The notes below the pieces were generated by a model. It saw only the letters and a list, made by a program, of their open reading frames with translations, had not been told where the DNA came from and made no database searches. Positions 15,773-25,006 of a DNA stretch of 64,000 bases are shown here, in pieces. The stretch comes from a virus, in the IMG/VR virus record IMGVR_UViG_3300045988_046889; one strand, 5' to 3'. Made by a program: the position numbers and the translations under genes. The first letter of the stretch is position 1; each line of letters opens with the position of its first letter.

Positions 15773-18194
15773 TTTTATACAACTTCCTCCACAGCAGTTA
15801 CCTTTTAGCAAAAAGAACAGAAAGTGGAGGAAACAAATTTTGGATTGGGCAGATAGTAAGACCTTCTTCAATTATAACCTAGTCAGAAAATCTGTAGTAC
15901 ATAAGAAGATTAACTACGACCTTCTTAATGGCAAGCTTCATATGAGTGACCTTGAGATGATATTGAATCCTGAAGAGATACAGGCAAGTTTTGTACCTAA
16001 CAGGATTCAACATTATCCCATTATGAACAGTAAGTTAAATGTACTGAGGGGGGAAGAGAGCAAAAGAGCTTTTGATTGCAGGGTAGTGATAACTAATCCT
16101 AATGCCATCTCTGAGATAGAGAATAATAAGAAACAGGAATTACTACAAAGACTGCAAGAATGGGTCTCAGCCTCTTATCAGTCAGAAGAGGCTGCTGCTA
16201 AGGAGCTTGAGAAAATAGGTGACTATTACACCTATGAATGGCAGGACATTAGAGAAATCAGAGCCAATGCCTTGTTGAATCATTATAAGACGGAGTTGAA
16301 TCTGCCCTTGATTCTCAACCAAGGGTTTATAGATGCAATGGCAACAGGGGAGGAAATGTACCAATGTGACATAGTAGGAGGAGAGCCAATTGTTGAAAGG
16401 TTGAATCCCATGAAGGTTAGGATATTCAAGTCAGGATATAGCAATAGGGTTGAGGATGCTGACATGATAATCATTGAGGACTATTGGAGTCCCGGCAGGG
16501 TTATTGATACTTTCTATGACGTATTGACAAAGAAGGATATAGAGTACATAGAGAAGATACCTGACCATGTAGGACAGGCTGCTGTAGACTCTATGGACAA
16601 TGTTGATGAAAGGTATGGATTTGTCAATAACTACATGATTGGGGATGAGATAAATACTGAAGCAGAAGGATTCTTTTGGGACCCCTTAGGAGGATGCGAT
16701 GGCATAGCCAATTCCTTATTACCCTTTGATGTTGCTGGAAATATCAGGATACTTAGAGTATATTGGAAGTCAAGAAGGAGAATAAAGAAGATAAAAAGAT
16801 ATGACCTTCAAACAGGTGAAGAGATATTTAACTTCTATCCTGAGACCTATATAGTAGATAAGGATGCTGGTGAAGAGGAGCAGATATTTTACATAAACGA
16901 GGCTTGGGAAGGAACAAAGATTGGCACTGACATATATGTCAATATGAGGCCAAGAGTAGTTCAATACAATAGACTCAGTAACCCTTCAAGATGCCATTTT
17001 GGAATTATAGGCTCAATTTATAATCTGAATGACAACAGGCCCTTTAGCTTGGTAGATATGATGAAGCCGTATAATTACATGTATGATGTTATACATGATA
17101 GGCTTAATAAGCTACTGGCAAGGAACTGGGGAACATTATTAAGACTTGACTTTGCCAAAAAGCCTAAGGGCTGGGATATAGAAAAGTGGTTGTACTATGC
17201 AAAGATTATGGGTATTGCAGTTGAGGATAGCTTCAAAGAAGGTAACATAGGTGCAGCTACAGGAAAAATAGCAGGTGCCCTGAATAATGCATCCACAGGA
17301 GCAATTCCTACATCTGACGGTAACCAGATACAGCAGTATATAAACCTTATTGAGTTCATAAAGATGGAGATGACTGAGGTTGCTGGTATTACTAAACAAA
17401 GGGAAGGTCAGGTAAGCAATAGAGAGACAGTAGGTGGAGTAGAGAGAAGTATGGTACAATCCTCATACATTACAGAATGGCTGTTTATGACACATGATGA
17501 TGTAAAGAGGAGAGTATATGAATGCTTACTTGAAACAAGTAAGGCTGCACTGAAAGGAAGGAAGAAGAAGTTCCAGTATATTCTCTCAGACGGGTCTTTG
17601 AAAGTAATGGAGATAGATGGAGATGAGTTTGCAGAGTCAGATTATGGGCTTGTAGTGGATAGTAGTAATGGAATTCAGGAACTGAACTCAAAACTTGATA
17701 CTTTGGCACAAGCAGCTTTGCAGAATCAGGCTTTGACACTCTCAACTATTATGAAGTTGTTTGGCTCGTCTTCACTTGCTGAAAAGCAAAGGCTTGTTGA
17801 AAAGGATGAGAGAAATCTACAGGAAAGACAGGCTCAGGCACAGCAACAGCAATTACAGGTACAGCAACAGGAAATAGAGCAAAAGGCTCAATTGGAGCAA
17901 GCTAAGTTGCAACAGGAAGATGCCCTCAATAGAAGAGATAATGAGACCAAGATACTGATTGCACAAATGCAGGCTATGAGTAAAGGTAGTGAAGATGGGG
18001 ATTCTATAGAATCAGAGTATTCACAGGAGGCCAAAGACAAACTACTTGAGCAGATAAGGGAATTTGATTTAAGACTTAAGCTTGACAGGGAAAGGCTGGA
18101 GCATGATAAGGAGAAGGCCGAAACTGATGCAAGGCTCAAGGAAAAACAAATAAATAAGCAGAAAGCAACTTCTAATAACAATAATAAGCAATGA
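15747..18194 (+). CDS. portal protein
   Basis: About 815 aa, immediately after terL; Gln-rich C-terminal coiled coil (QAQAQQQQLQVQQQEIEQKAQLEQ); the track start at 15726 is TTG; ATG candidates at 15747 or 15765, both overlapping the endonuclease stop at 15772. Confidence 0.5.
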   Translation: MDINGNMSNFIQLPPQQLPFSKKNRKWRKQILDWADSKTFFNYNLVRKSVVHKKINYDLLNGKLHMSDLEMILNPEEIQASFVPNRIQHYPIMNSKLNVLRGEESKRAFDCRVVITNPNAISEIENNKKQELLQRLQEWVSASYQSEEAAAKELEKIGDYYTYEWQDIREIRANALLNHYKTELNLPLILNQGFIDAMATGEEMYQCDIVGGEPIVERLNPMKVRIFKSGYSNRVEDADMIIIEDYWSPGRVIDTFYDVLTKKDIEYIEKIPDHVGQAAVDSMDNVDERYGFVNNYMIGDEINTEAEGFFWDPLGGCDGIANSLLPFDVAGNIRILRVYWKSRRRIKKIKRYDLQTGEEIFNFYPETYIVDKDAGEEEQIFYINEAWEGTKIGTDIYVNMRPRVVQYNRLSNPSRCHFGIIGSIYNLNDNRPFSLVDMMKPYNYMYDVIHDRLNKLLARNWGTLLRLDFAKKPKGWDIEKWLYYAKIMGIAVEDSFKEGNIGAATGKIAGALNNASTGAIPTSDGNQIQQYINLIEFIKMEMTEVAGITKQREGQVSNRETVGGVERSMVQSSYITEWLFMTHDDVKRRVYECLLETSKAALKGRKKKFQYILSDGSLKVMEIDGDEFAESDYGLVVDSSNGIQELNSKLDTLAQAALQNQALTLSTIMKLFGSSSLAEKQRLVEKDERNLQERQAQAQQQQLQVQQQEIEQKAQLEQAKLQQEDALNRRDNETKILIAQMQAMSKGSEDGDSIESEYSQEAKDKLLEQIREFDLRLKLDRERLEHDKEKAETDARLKEKQINKQKATSNNNNKQ

Positions 18195-19060
18195 AAAGAT
18201 TTAGAGATATTATACAAGATATAAAAGCTCCAAGTACAAGTGACCTCTGGATTAATAATGGAGAGTTGAAGTACTATACTAGTAATGGCTGGAAAGCCAT
18301 TGCTGGTAATGGCTCTTCCGATGTATATGTTCTACCGGGTAACCTTCAAACAACAGAAGGATGGTCTACAACAGACGTAGAATCTATTGTAGGGAATTGG
18401 GATGAGTTTACAAAAGCTGTCTCAGGTGGTAAGATAATTGTTGGTTATTTTCAAAACGGGGGACAATTTGTCAAAAGTACTGCCTCAGTGATAGAAAATG
18501 ACGGGGTAACCTTTTTAAGTTTTAGCTTTTATCAGATTCTTTGTGTATATGTTATTGACCAAAGTTATATAGCTATTGCTGCTATTGATAATTTTCTTTG
18601 TGTGAGTTCTGTTGTAGACAGACTAAATAGTTCAGGAACTGAATTACCTCTCTCTGCCAACCAAGGTAGGATTCTTAATGGTAGGGTAACAGAATTAGAG
18701 AGTAAGTCTAATGTTGCAGTGCTTACACCTACAGGTACAAAACTAATGGAGTTGGTATCCAGTAGTCCTAATGTTACACAAGAGCAGTTGGTTGAAGCAG
18801 GTTTCACTCCTGAAATATGTAGAAGGTTGAATGCTGGAGAAGTGATTTACATGAGTGGTGAATGTGCTGGTTTTGGTAATGATGCTTTGTATCCAATACA
18901 GGGTATTGCCCCTAATTCCTCTCCTGACTTAGTACCGTCTAGATTGTGCTACTGTCACTATAGTAGTTATAATGTGGATGGCACTGCTAATGGAGGGTGC
19001 TTTACTACAATTAAGAAGCAATCCTCAGGTCAGTACTTTGTAGATTATATTGAGGTGTAG
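18191..19060 (+). CDS. tail fibre-like protein
   Basis: 289 aa; N-terminal motif DLWINNGELKYYTSNGWKAI is shared with neighbouring fibre genes. Confidence 0.4.
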   Translation: MKRFRDIIQDIKAPSTSDLWINNGELKYYTSNGWKAIAGNGSSDVYVLPGNLQTTEGWSTTDVESIVGNWDEFTKAVSGGKIIVGYFQNGGQFVKSTASVIENDGVTFLSFSFYQILCVYVIDQSYIAIAAIDNFLCVSSVVDRLNSSGTELPLSANQGRILNGRVTELESKSNVAVLTPTGTKLMELVSSSPNVTQEQLVEAGFTPEICRRLNAGEVIYMSGECAGFGNDALYPIQGIAPNSSPDLVPSRLCYCHYSSYNVDGTANGGCFTTIKKQSSGQYFVDYIEV

Positions 19061-19061
19061 T

Positions 19062-19214
19062 ATGGAAATGATGAAAAAGAAACAGGTTGTTGCTTCCCAT
19101 AATAGAGAGCCTCTTATAGAGAATCTATGGTTAAGGGATGGCAAGTTGCTATACTTTGTCAATGGAGAGTGGCAACCTGTATTAGGTCAAGATTCTAAAG
19201 TAATTATAGAGTAA
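19062..19214 (+). CDS. 50-aa ORF resembling an orphan fibre N-terminal module
   Basis: MEMMKKKQVVASHNREPLIENLWLRDGKLLYFVNGEWQPVLGQDSKVIIE carries the same LW..G.L.Y..NG.W motif as 18191 and 25007. Confidence 0.3.
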   Translation: MEMMKKKQVVASHNREPLIENLWLRDGKLLYFVNGEWQPVLGQDSKVIIE

Positions 19215-19215
19215 C

Positions 19216-19407
19216 ATGTTCACTAAGAATCAAATAGAAGAAATTAGAGACAAATTGGCTCAGTTGGGAGTCAAGGATACAGAGTTTAAGGTAACAGAAG
19301 AAGTATCTGAAGATGATATGATATCCATTGTCTCAGGTGGTGAGAATAAGATAATCCTGTTGAAAGACCTATTGAGTGAAGCAGCAGGTACTATTATTAT
19401 TGAGTAA
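19216..19407 (+). CDS. hypothetical small acidic protein
   Basis: 63-aa ORF with ATG start. Confidence 0.3.
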   Translation: MFTKNQIEEIRDKLAQLGVKDTEFKVTEEVSEDDMISIVSGGENKIILLKDLLSEAAGTIIIE

Positions 19408-19418
19408 AAAAAAAAAAA

Positions 19419-20747
19419 ATGAAGATTATTAATTCAATTATGCCAACGAGTGACATAAAAGCACTGGCAGCAAATGGACAAAAACTAAGAGTAGCGGTAA
19501 CAAAGACTTCCGCGCAAGGTAAGAGTGCACAAAGTGCTACACCTAATTTAATGTCTTTCAGTACTGATGAAAACAGTATTTGGTTTAATAAGAAGAAGTA
19601 CGGAGTGTACATATTAAAAGGTTTTGAAAACCTCAAGACTGGTAGTAATACAAGTGTTATTCAATCCTTTTTGGGAGACTTTACCTATGATAGATGGGTA
19701 GATGCTGTAAATGCGGGAAATATTGTATTTGTTGAAACAGATAATACATTAGTACCTGCTAGTATACGTGCTAGCAACTCTGAGAACCTAAATATAATGT
19801 TTGTTACACCTACACATACCTGTTCTATTAATATACATTATTCAACTGGTAGTGGGTATTCTGTTGACCTAATACAACAGGACTCTTTAGTGAGAGTTGC
19901 AGATATTAATAATACACTCACTAGTAGCAGCACAGACAAGCCGCTATCCGCCGCAATGGGAAAAAAGCTGCAAGACGAGAAGTTAGCGAAAACAGACGTA
20001 GTGAATAACCTTACTACTACTGACGCTTCAAAAGCCTTATCAGCAGCTCAAGGTAAGGCTCTTAATGACAGAATCTCAGGTCTGGGTAATGTATATAGAG
20101 TAAAGGGTACTAAGACTAATTTATCTGATGTACTAGCTCTGACAGATGCAAAGGTTGGTGATGTTTGGAATGTAACTAATGCCTTTACTTTAGGTGGTAA
20201 GCCCTATCCTGCAAATACCAATATTGTGTGTATTACAGCAACTAGTTCATCTGACCATGATGAAGGCAATTGGGACCCTTTGGGAGGTACTGTGGATTTG
20301 GGTACTTATGTGGCTAAGAGTGATATAGTTGATAACCTATCAACTTCAGATTCAAAAAAGCCTCTCTCTGCTAAACAAGGACTTGCCCTTGCTACTATGA
20401 TAACGGAATTAAAAGATGGTAAGGGGACCTATCAGCTTCTCAAAGCATTTGGAAGTAGCACACCATCTTCTCAAGGAGAAGTAGATGCTATTCTAGGCCC
20501 CTATAGTAGCTTTAATGCTGCCCTTAATACAGGTAAGATAATACATGGAATATATAAAGATGGCTTCAATAGGTGGAATACAGTAACATTCTCAGCATTC
20601 AATGATACTACTGCTAATAGAGTTAGAATGTATGCAATACTAAATCCTTCTACCATGGTAGCCGTACTAGCTAACCACAATGGAACTAATTGGATTTCTG
20701 CCACTATAGATGAAGGCCCTCTTGATGGGGGCATCACCATAGAGTAA
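19419..20747 (+). CDS. tail fibre-like protein
   Basis: 442 aa, Ser/Thr/Asn-rich with short internal repeats (DKPLSAAMGKKLQ / KALSAAQGKALN / KKPLSAKQGLALA). Confidence 0.4.
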   Translation: MKIINSIMPTSDIKALAANGQKLRVAVTKTSAQGKSAQSATPNLMSFSTDENSIWFNKKKYGVYILKGFENLKTGSNTSVIQSFLGDFTYDRWVDAVNAGNIVFVETDNTLVPASIRASNSENLNIMFVTPTHTCSINIHYSTGSGYSVDLIQQDSLVRVADINNTLTSSSTDKPLSAAMGKKLQDEKLAKTDVVNNLTTTDASKALSAAQGKALNDRISGLGNVYRVKGTKTNLSDVLALTDAKVGDVWNVTNAFTLGGKPYPANTNIVCITATSSSDHDEGNWDPLGGTVDLGTYVAKSDIVDNLSTSDSKKPLSAKQGLALATMITELKDGKGTYQLLKAFGSSTPSSQGEVDAILGPYSSFNAALNTGKIIHGIYKDGFNRWNTVTFSAFNDTTANRVRMYAILNPSTMVAVLANHNGTNWISATIDEGPLDGGITIE

Positions 20748-20755
20748 AAAAAGTT

Positions 20756-22468
20756 ATGAGTGCAAAAGGTAAAGAGTTTAAAGTAAATGTATCTACCAAC
20801 AGGGCTACTGCAATAAGTAGCTCTGCTGGTAGTTACCCTAATGTGTTGTATTTCCCTACAGATGATGATAATGTCATCATATTTAATGGGAACGTATATG
20901 ATTGGAATGCAAGTACAGTATCTCCTAAGCAAATTGGCAACAGTGAAAACTTGAATAACTATAATACTTTAAGTAAATTAGGAGTATACTATTCCAGTGG
21001 AGGTAATAGTATTACTAACAAGCCCTCTGGAGTCAATAATTTTGCTCTCCAAGTATTCAAAGATGGAGTAGGAGATACTTCTGTAAGTCAGACATTATAC
21101 GCTAATAATACTATATATGTTAGGGGATATAATGGTACTAGCTGGTCTTCTTGGACTAAGATTGGTGCAGGAGGTATAACTTCTATACCTCAAGCTTCTA
21201 GTTCAGCATTAGGAGGTATAAAGATAGGGTACTCTGATAATGGCAGGAATTATGCTGTAGAGTTGGATAGCTCTGGTAAGGCTTATGTTAATGTACCATG
21301 GGCAGATACAAACACAACATATAATGTTGCTACTACTAGTGCCAATGGACTTATGAGTTCCAGTGATAAGTCCAAGCTTGATGGAATCCAAGCAGGTGCA
21401 GATGCTGTGTCATTCAGCAGGTCTTTGTCTTCAGGTACAAAGATAGGTACCATCAATATTAATGGTGTCAATACTGACATATATGCTCCAACAGCAGGAG
21501 AGCAAGTTGAGTATGGAGTAGCTACTTCAACTACACTAGGATTGGTTAGGATTGGGTATCCTGAGAATAGTAAGAATTATCCTGTTGAGCTTAATTCCTC
21601 AAATCAGATGTATGTCAATGTCCCTTGGACTGATAATAATACTACCTATTCTAATGGAGAGGGATTGAATTTAAGTGGTACAGTCTTCTCCCTGAAAAAG
21701 GCAACACCTACTACACTAGGTGGTGTAAAGGTATCCAGCACTGAGATTAGAACAATATCTACTGTTGCTGCTGCTACTTTTGGTCCACAGAACAGAATAT
21801 ATCCTGTCCAGCTTGCTTATCCATCAGGTAGTGCAGGGACGGATGGTAATAAGGTACTTTCAGTGTATGTTCCTTGGAAGGATACTATTTATAGTATAGT
21901 AAGTACCTCAAAGGATGGGTTAGTCAGTATGAGTTCTGCATTGGCAGAGTTAGCTCGCGAAGATAAGGATGCTGGTAACCTAGGTTCTCTTGCTAGATTT
22001 GGAGAGAAGGGCATGTTGGAGGTTTCAACAATTGTGGAAGATGACTTAGCTCTGGTTAATAAGAGTAATAGCTGGACAGTATATCAGGACTTTAAGTCAG
22101 GTGCTGGTAATTCAGGCTCTGATATGAGATTCAAAAGGGAAATCACATGTATGCCTGATGTGTTGGACAATCTGATGTCATTAAATGTCATAAAGTATAT
22201 ATGGGAACACCCTGATGAAAATGGTATAAGATGCACTTTTGGTGTGAAAGCTGACCAGCTTCTGTCACTGGGTGGTGTATATGCTACTATGGTCCACAGC
22301 AGGGCTGATAAATATGATACCAAGTGGGTAGAATATGATAGATTTGGCGTGCTGGCAATCAAGGCATTACAGGAGGTTGTAATGAGGAACAAGCAACTGG
22401 AGAGCAGGATAGAATATCTTGAGGATACGATAAATTCTATGAGAAGAGTATGGGAAGAGAATTCATGA
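20756..22468 (+). CDS. tail fibre/spike with C-terminal peptidase-S74 intramolecular chaperone domain
   Basis: C-terminal ...GSDMRFKREI...GVKADQL... matches the S74 autoproteolytic consensus SD.R.K..I ... G.IAQ(E/D)(V/L) (Ser at 22118..22120); three internal repeats of the GY.(D/E)N.(R/K)NY.VEL(D/N)SS....YVNVPW.D.NTTY type. Confidence 0.55.
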   Translation: MSAKGKEFKVNVSTNRATAISSSAGSYPNVLYFPTDDDNVIIFNGNVYDWNASTVSPKQIGNSENLNNYNTLSKLGVYYSSGGNSITNKPSGVNNFALQVFKDGVGDTSVSQTLYANNTIYVRGYNGTSWSSWTKIGAGGITSIPQASSSALGGIKIGYSDNGRNYAVELDSSGKAYVNVPWADTNTTYNVATTSANGLMSSSDKSKLDGIQAGADAVSFSRSLSSGTKIGTININGVNTDIYAPTAGEQVEYGVATSTTLGLVRIGYPENSKNYPVELNSSNQMYVNVPWTDNNTTYSNGEGLNLSGTVFSLKKATPTTLGGVKVSSTEIRTISTVAAATFGPQNRIYPVQLAYPSGSAGTDGNKVLSVYVPWKDTIYSIVSTSKDGLVSMSSALAELAREDKDAGNLGSLARFGEKGMLEVSTIVEDDLALVNKSNSWTVYQDFKSGAGNSGSDMRFKREITCMPDVLDNLMSLNVIKYIWEHPDENGIRCTFGVKADQLLSLGGVYATMVHSRADKYDTKWVEYDRFGVLAIKALQEVVMRNKQLESRIEYLEDTINSMRRVWEENS

Positions 22469-23280
22469 CACAAATAGAGGCAGTAAAGAAGGTAGGAGGT
22501 TCCCTACCTTCTGCTACAAAACAATTTTGTACAGCCTCTTGGCTTGCAGGCCATTCTAGTATATTTGATACCAACTCCCTACAAGGGTATGAAGCAAAAG
22601 ACTTTGTGAGTGAAATGCATATAAAGCCTGCTATAGTAACAACTAAATATGAAATAATAATTCCTGAGGTGAGGGTTTCTTTTGGATTTGAAAGTGGCAC
22701 TCCTCGAGGATTTACACGTCTTAGTGACTCTGACCAGTTATCACAGACTAAGGCAGTCTTATGTGCAGTACCTGTTGATGGTGGTCAGATTTCTTCAAGT
22801 GTATATACTCCTACTAATGGTGGTAGAGATGACAATTATGGTGCACAGTATATGCTATTCTCAGGCATGAAAATATATGTTGTTGCAGGCACTTCACTAG
22901 CTAAGTTATACATAGTATTGTATAATGACCAAAGTACCATGGTTCAGTATAATAATAAGAGCATTACCAATCTTATGTCAGGTAACAACATATATAAGCT
23001 GGTTAATGCTACTATGAGAAATAGTTCCGCTTACAGTAACCTGTTTAATGGTGCAAATTACACAAAGACACAAGCAGTAGGTGATTCTAATGGTAATGCT
23101 ACTAATTCTGTGTGGTGTGCTATGCTTCCATTGGCAGATGATGGAAGATCTAATGGGAGTTATTCAGTAGGTTCAAACATGGATGCACCTCCCACTAATG
23201 TCAATTATAACCAGCAATTATACAACTTCAAGGGTTCTATAATTTACAACAAATTAAATTCATTTACTCCAACTACATAG
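22450..23280 (+). CDS. tail fibre-like or receptor-binding protein
   Basis: 276 aa, Asn/Ser/Thr-rich, overlaps the upstream fibre gene by 19 nt. Confidence 0.35.
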   Translation: MGREFMTQIEAVKKVGGSLPSATKQFCTASWLAGHSSIFDTNSLQGYEAKDFVSEMHIKPAIVTTKYEIIIPEVRVSFGFESGTPRGFTRLSDSDQLSQTKAVLCAVPVDGGQISSSVYTPTNGGRDDNYGAQYMLFSGMKIYVVAGTSLAKLYIVLYNDQSTMVQYNNKSITNLMSGNNIYKLVNATMRNSSAYSNLFNGANYTKTQAVGDSNGNATNSVWCAMLPLADDGRSNGSYSVGSNMDAPPTNVNYNQQLYNFKGSIIYNKLNSFTPTT

Positions 23281-23282
23281 CT

Positions 23283-23897
23283 ATGAGAAAGATATTAGTA
23301 AGTATTATATCAGTGATTATGCTGGCTTCCATATCCTGTTCCATATATTACTGCAATAGGTATAAGAAAATATCTAATGAGTTGGCTATTGCAGTGAATA
23401 ACAATAAAGCATACTCCTTGGAGAACAGTTCCCTGAAGAAGGAAAATAGAGTGTATAAGCTAACTGCTGAGCAGCTTGAGTATTACAGTGATTCCATTAC
23501 TGTTGAAATGGACAGGATTAGAAAGGAGTTGAAGATAAAGGATAAGGATTTGCAATACTTACAATATCTGTTATCTACATCAGAAAGGATAGATACTGTT
23601 ACTTTCCAAGATACCATATTCAGTGAAACAACATTTCATGTTGATACTCTGATTGGGGATAAATGGTATCAGTTGAAGCTGGGAATGAAATTCCCTAATG
23701 TCATTACAGTGCATCCTAAATTTGTAAGTGAGAAATACATAGTTACACATAGCAAGAAAGAGACTGTAAATCCTCCTAAGAAATTTTTTCTGTTTAGATG
23801 GTTTCAGAAGAAACATAGAGTGGTGGAAGTTACTATTGTGGAAAATAGTCCCTATGTGAATAATAAGCAGCAAAAATTTATTGAAATAATTAAATGA
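23283..23897 (+). CDS. membrane-anchored protein (N-terminal TM), lysis-cassette candidate
   Basis: 204 aa, N-terminal hydrophobic helix SIISVIMLASISCSIYY. Confidence 0.35.
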   Translation: MRKILVSIISVIMLASISCSIYYCNRYKKISNELAIAVNNNKAYSLENSSLKKENRVYKLTAEQLEYYSDSITVEMDRIRKELKIKDKDLQYLQYLLSTSERIDTVTFQDTIFSETTFHVDTLIGDKWYQLKLGMKFPNVITVHPKFVSEKYIVTHSKKETVNPPKKFFLFRWFQKKHRVVEVTIVENSPYVNNKQQKFIEIIK

Positions 23898-23898
23898 C

Positions 23899-24279
23899 AT
23901 GATTGACCTAGGTATATTAATTACTGGAGGAGTAGGGATAATAACCACAGTAATCAGTGGTTGGACTTCTTGGTTCTTTGCAAGAAGAAAGTATAATAGT
24001 GAGGTAGATAATAACCTCATAGAGAACATGCAGCAGTCTTTGGAGTTTTATAAGAAGTTGTCTGACGATAACAAGAACAGGCTTGACGAGGTTCTTAAAA
24101 GAAATGCAGAGCTGGAACAGGAGATAAGGGATTTAAGGAAGCAGATGTTCAGTCTAATGAACTCCATCTGTACTGACCTTACTTGTCAGTTGAGGAAAAG
24201 AAACTTGAATTTATTTAATGAGCAAAATGGAACTGATAGTAGACAGGAAATGGAAGAAACAGAGTTACACGATAAGTAA
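23899..24279 (+). CDS. N-terminal TM + coiled-coil protein (holin or i-spanin-like candidate)
   Basis: 126 aa; TM helix GILITGGVGIITTVISGWTSWFFA followed by a charged coiled coil. Confidence 0.35.
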   Translation: MIDLGILITGGVGIITTVISGWTSWFFARRKYNSEVDNNLIENMQQSLEFYKKLSDDNKNRLDEVLKRNAELEQEIRDLRKQMFSLMNSICTDLTCQLRKRNLNLFNEQNGTDSRQEMEETELHDK

Positions 24280-24691
24280 CCTCCTTGTAGATGGGAAGTG
24301 GTTCTGTAATGTACTTGAAGATACTGATAGAGGATTAGATGACAGCATGAGTGTCGCTAAAATCAAATCCTTAAAGGAACCAGGCATTACAGCAATCCCT
24401 AGTGGAACTTATGATGTAACTTTAGATGTGTATAGCCCTGGGTTTGGGCCTAAATCTTTCTATAAAGGAACATGCAATGGCAAATTACCCAGACTTCTTA
24501 ATGTAAAGGGGTTTGATGGTATCCTTATACATGCAGGTAATACAGATAAGGATACTTCAGGATGTCTCTTGGTAGGTGTAAACTCTGAAGTTGGTAAGGT
24601 TCTGAATAGTCAGGATACATTCAGGAGGCTATATAAGCTACTTCAAGAGGGCAAGAATAGAGGTGAGAAAATAACCATAAAAATTCTATGA
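24218..24691 (+). CDS. putative cell-wall hydrolase (YkuD/L,D-transpeptidase-like H...SxGC motif), endolysin candidate
   Basis: ILIHAGNTDKDTSGCLLVG resembles the His...Ser-x-Gly-Cys catalytic motif; the 5' end overlaps 23899..24279 in another frame, so the true start may be an internal Met. Confidence 0.3.
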   Translation: MSKMELIVDRKWKKQSYTISNLLVDGKWFCNVLEDTDRGLDDSMSVAKIKSLKEPGITAIPSGTYDVTLDVYSPGFGPKSFYKGTCNGKLPRLLNVKGFDGILIHAGNTDKDTSGCLLVGVNSEVGKVLNSQDTFRRLYKLLQEGKNRGEKITIKIL

Positions 24692-24742
24692 TATGGCAAA
24701 GAAGTGTGGTTGCAAAGGAAAAGGTAAGAACAATAGAGGTAA

Positions 24743-25003
24743 ATGATTATGGATGCAAGAATAGTTTCAAATCAAGTTATAAATAGCCTTCAAATATCTG
24801 TACTGAAGGAAGTGCCTTCAGGGAACTTCAATCCTGGAGTCAACTTCCTACTGAAGAATATATCTGATGATGATGTGGAGGTTACTATAATTCCAGCAGG
24901 ACAAAAGGATAGCATAAAGACTATTCTAGGTGTTGGATGGAATCCAGAGATATGTAAAGGTGTTATAAATGCTCCTTCAGGAGTTCTTCAATATGGATAT
25001 TAA
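24743..25003 (+). CDS. hypothetical protein
   Basis: 86-aa ORF with ATG start, 4 nt before the next gene. Confidence 0.4.
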   Translation: MIMDARIVSNQVINSLQISVLKEVPSGNFNPGVNFLLKNISDDDVEVTIIPAGQKDSIKTILGVGWNPEICKGVINAPSGVLQYGY

Positions 25004-25006
25004 GAT

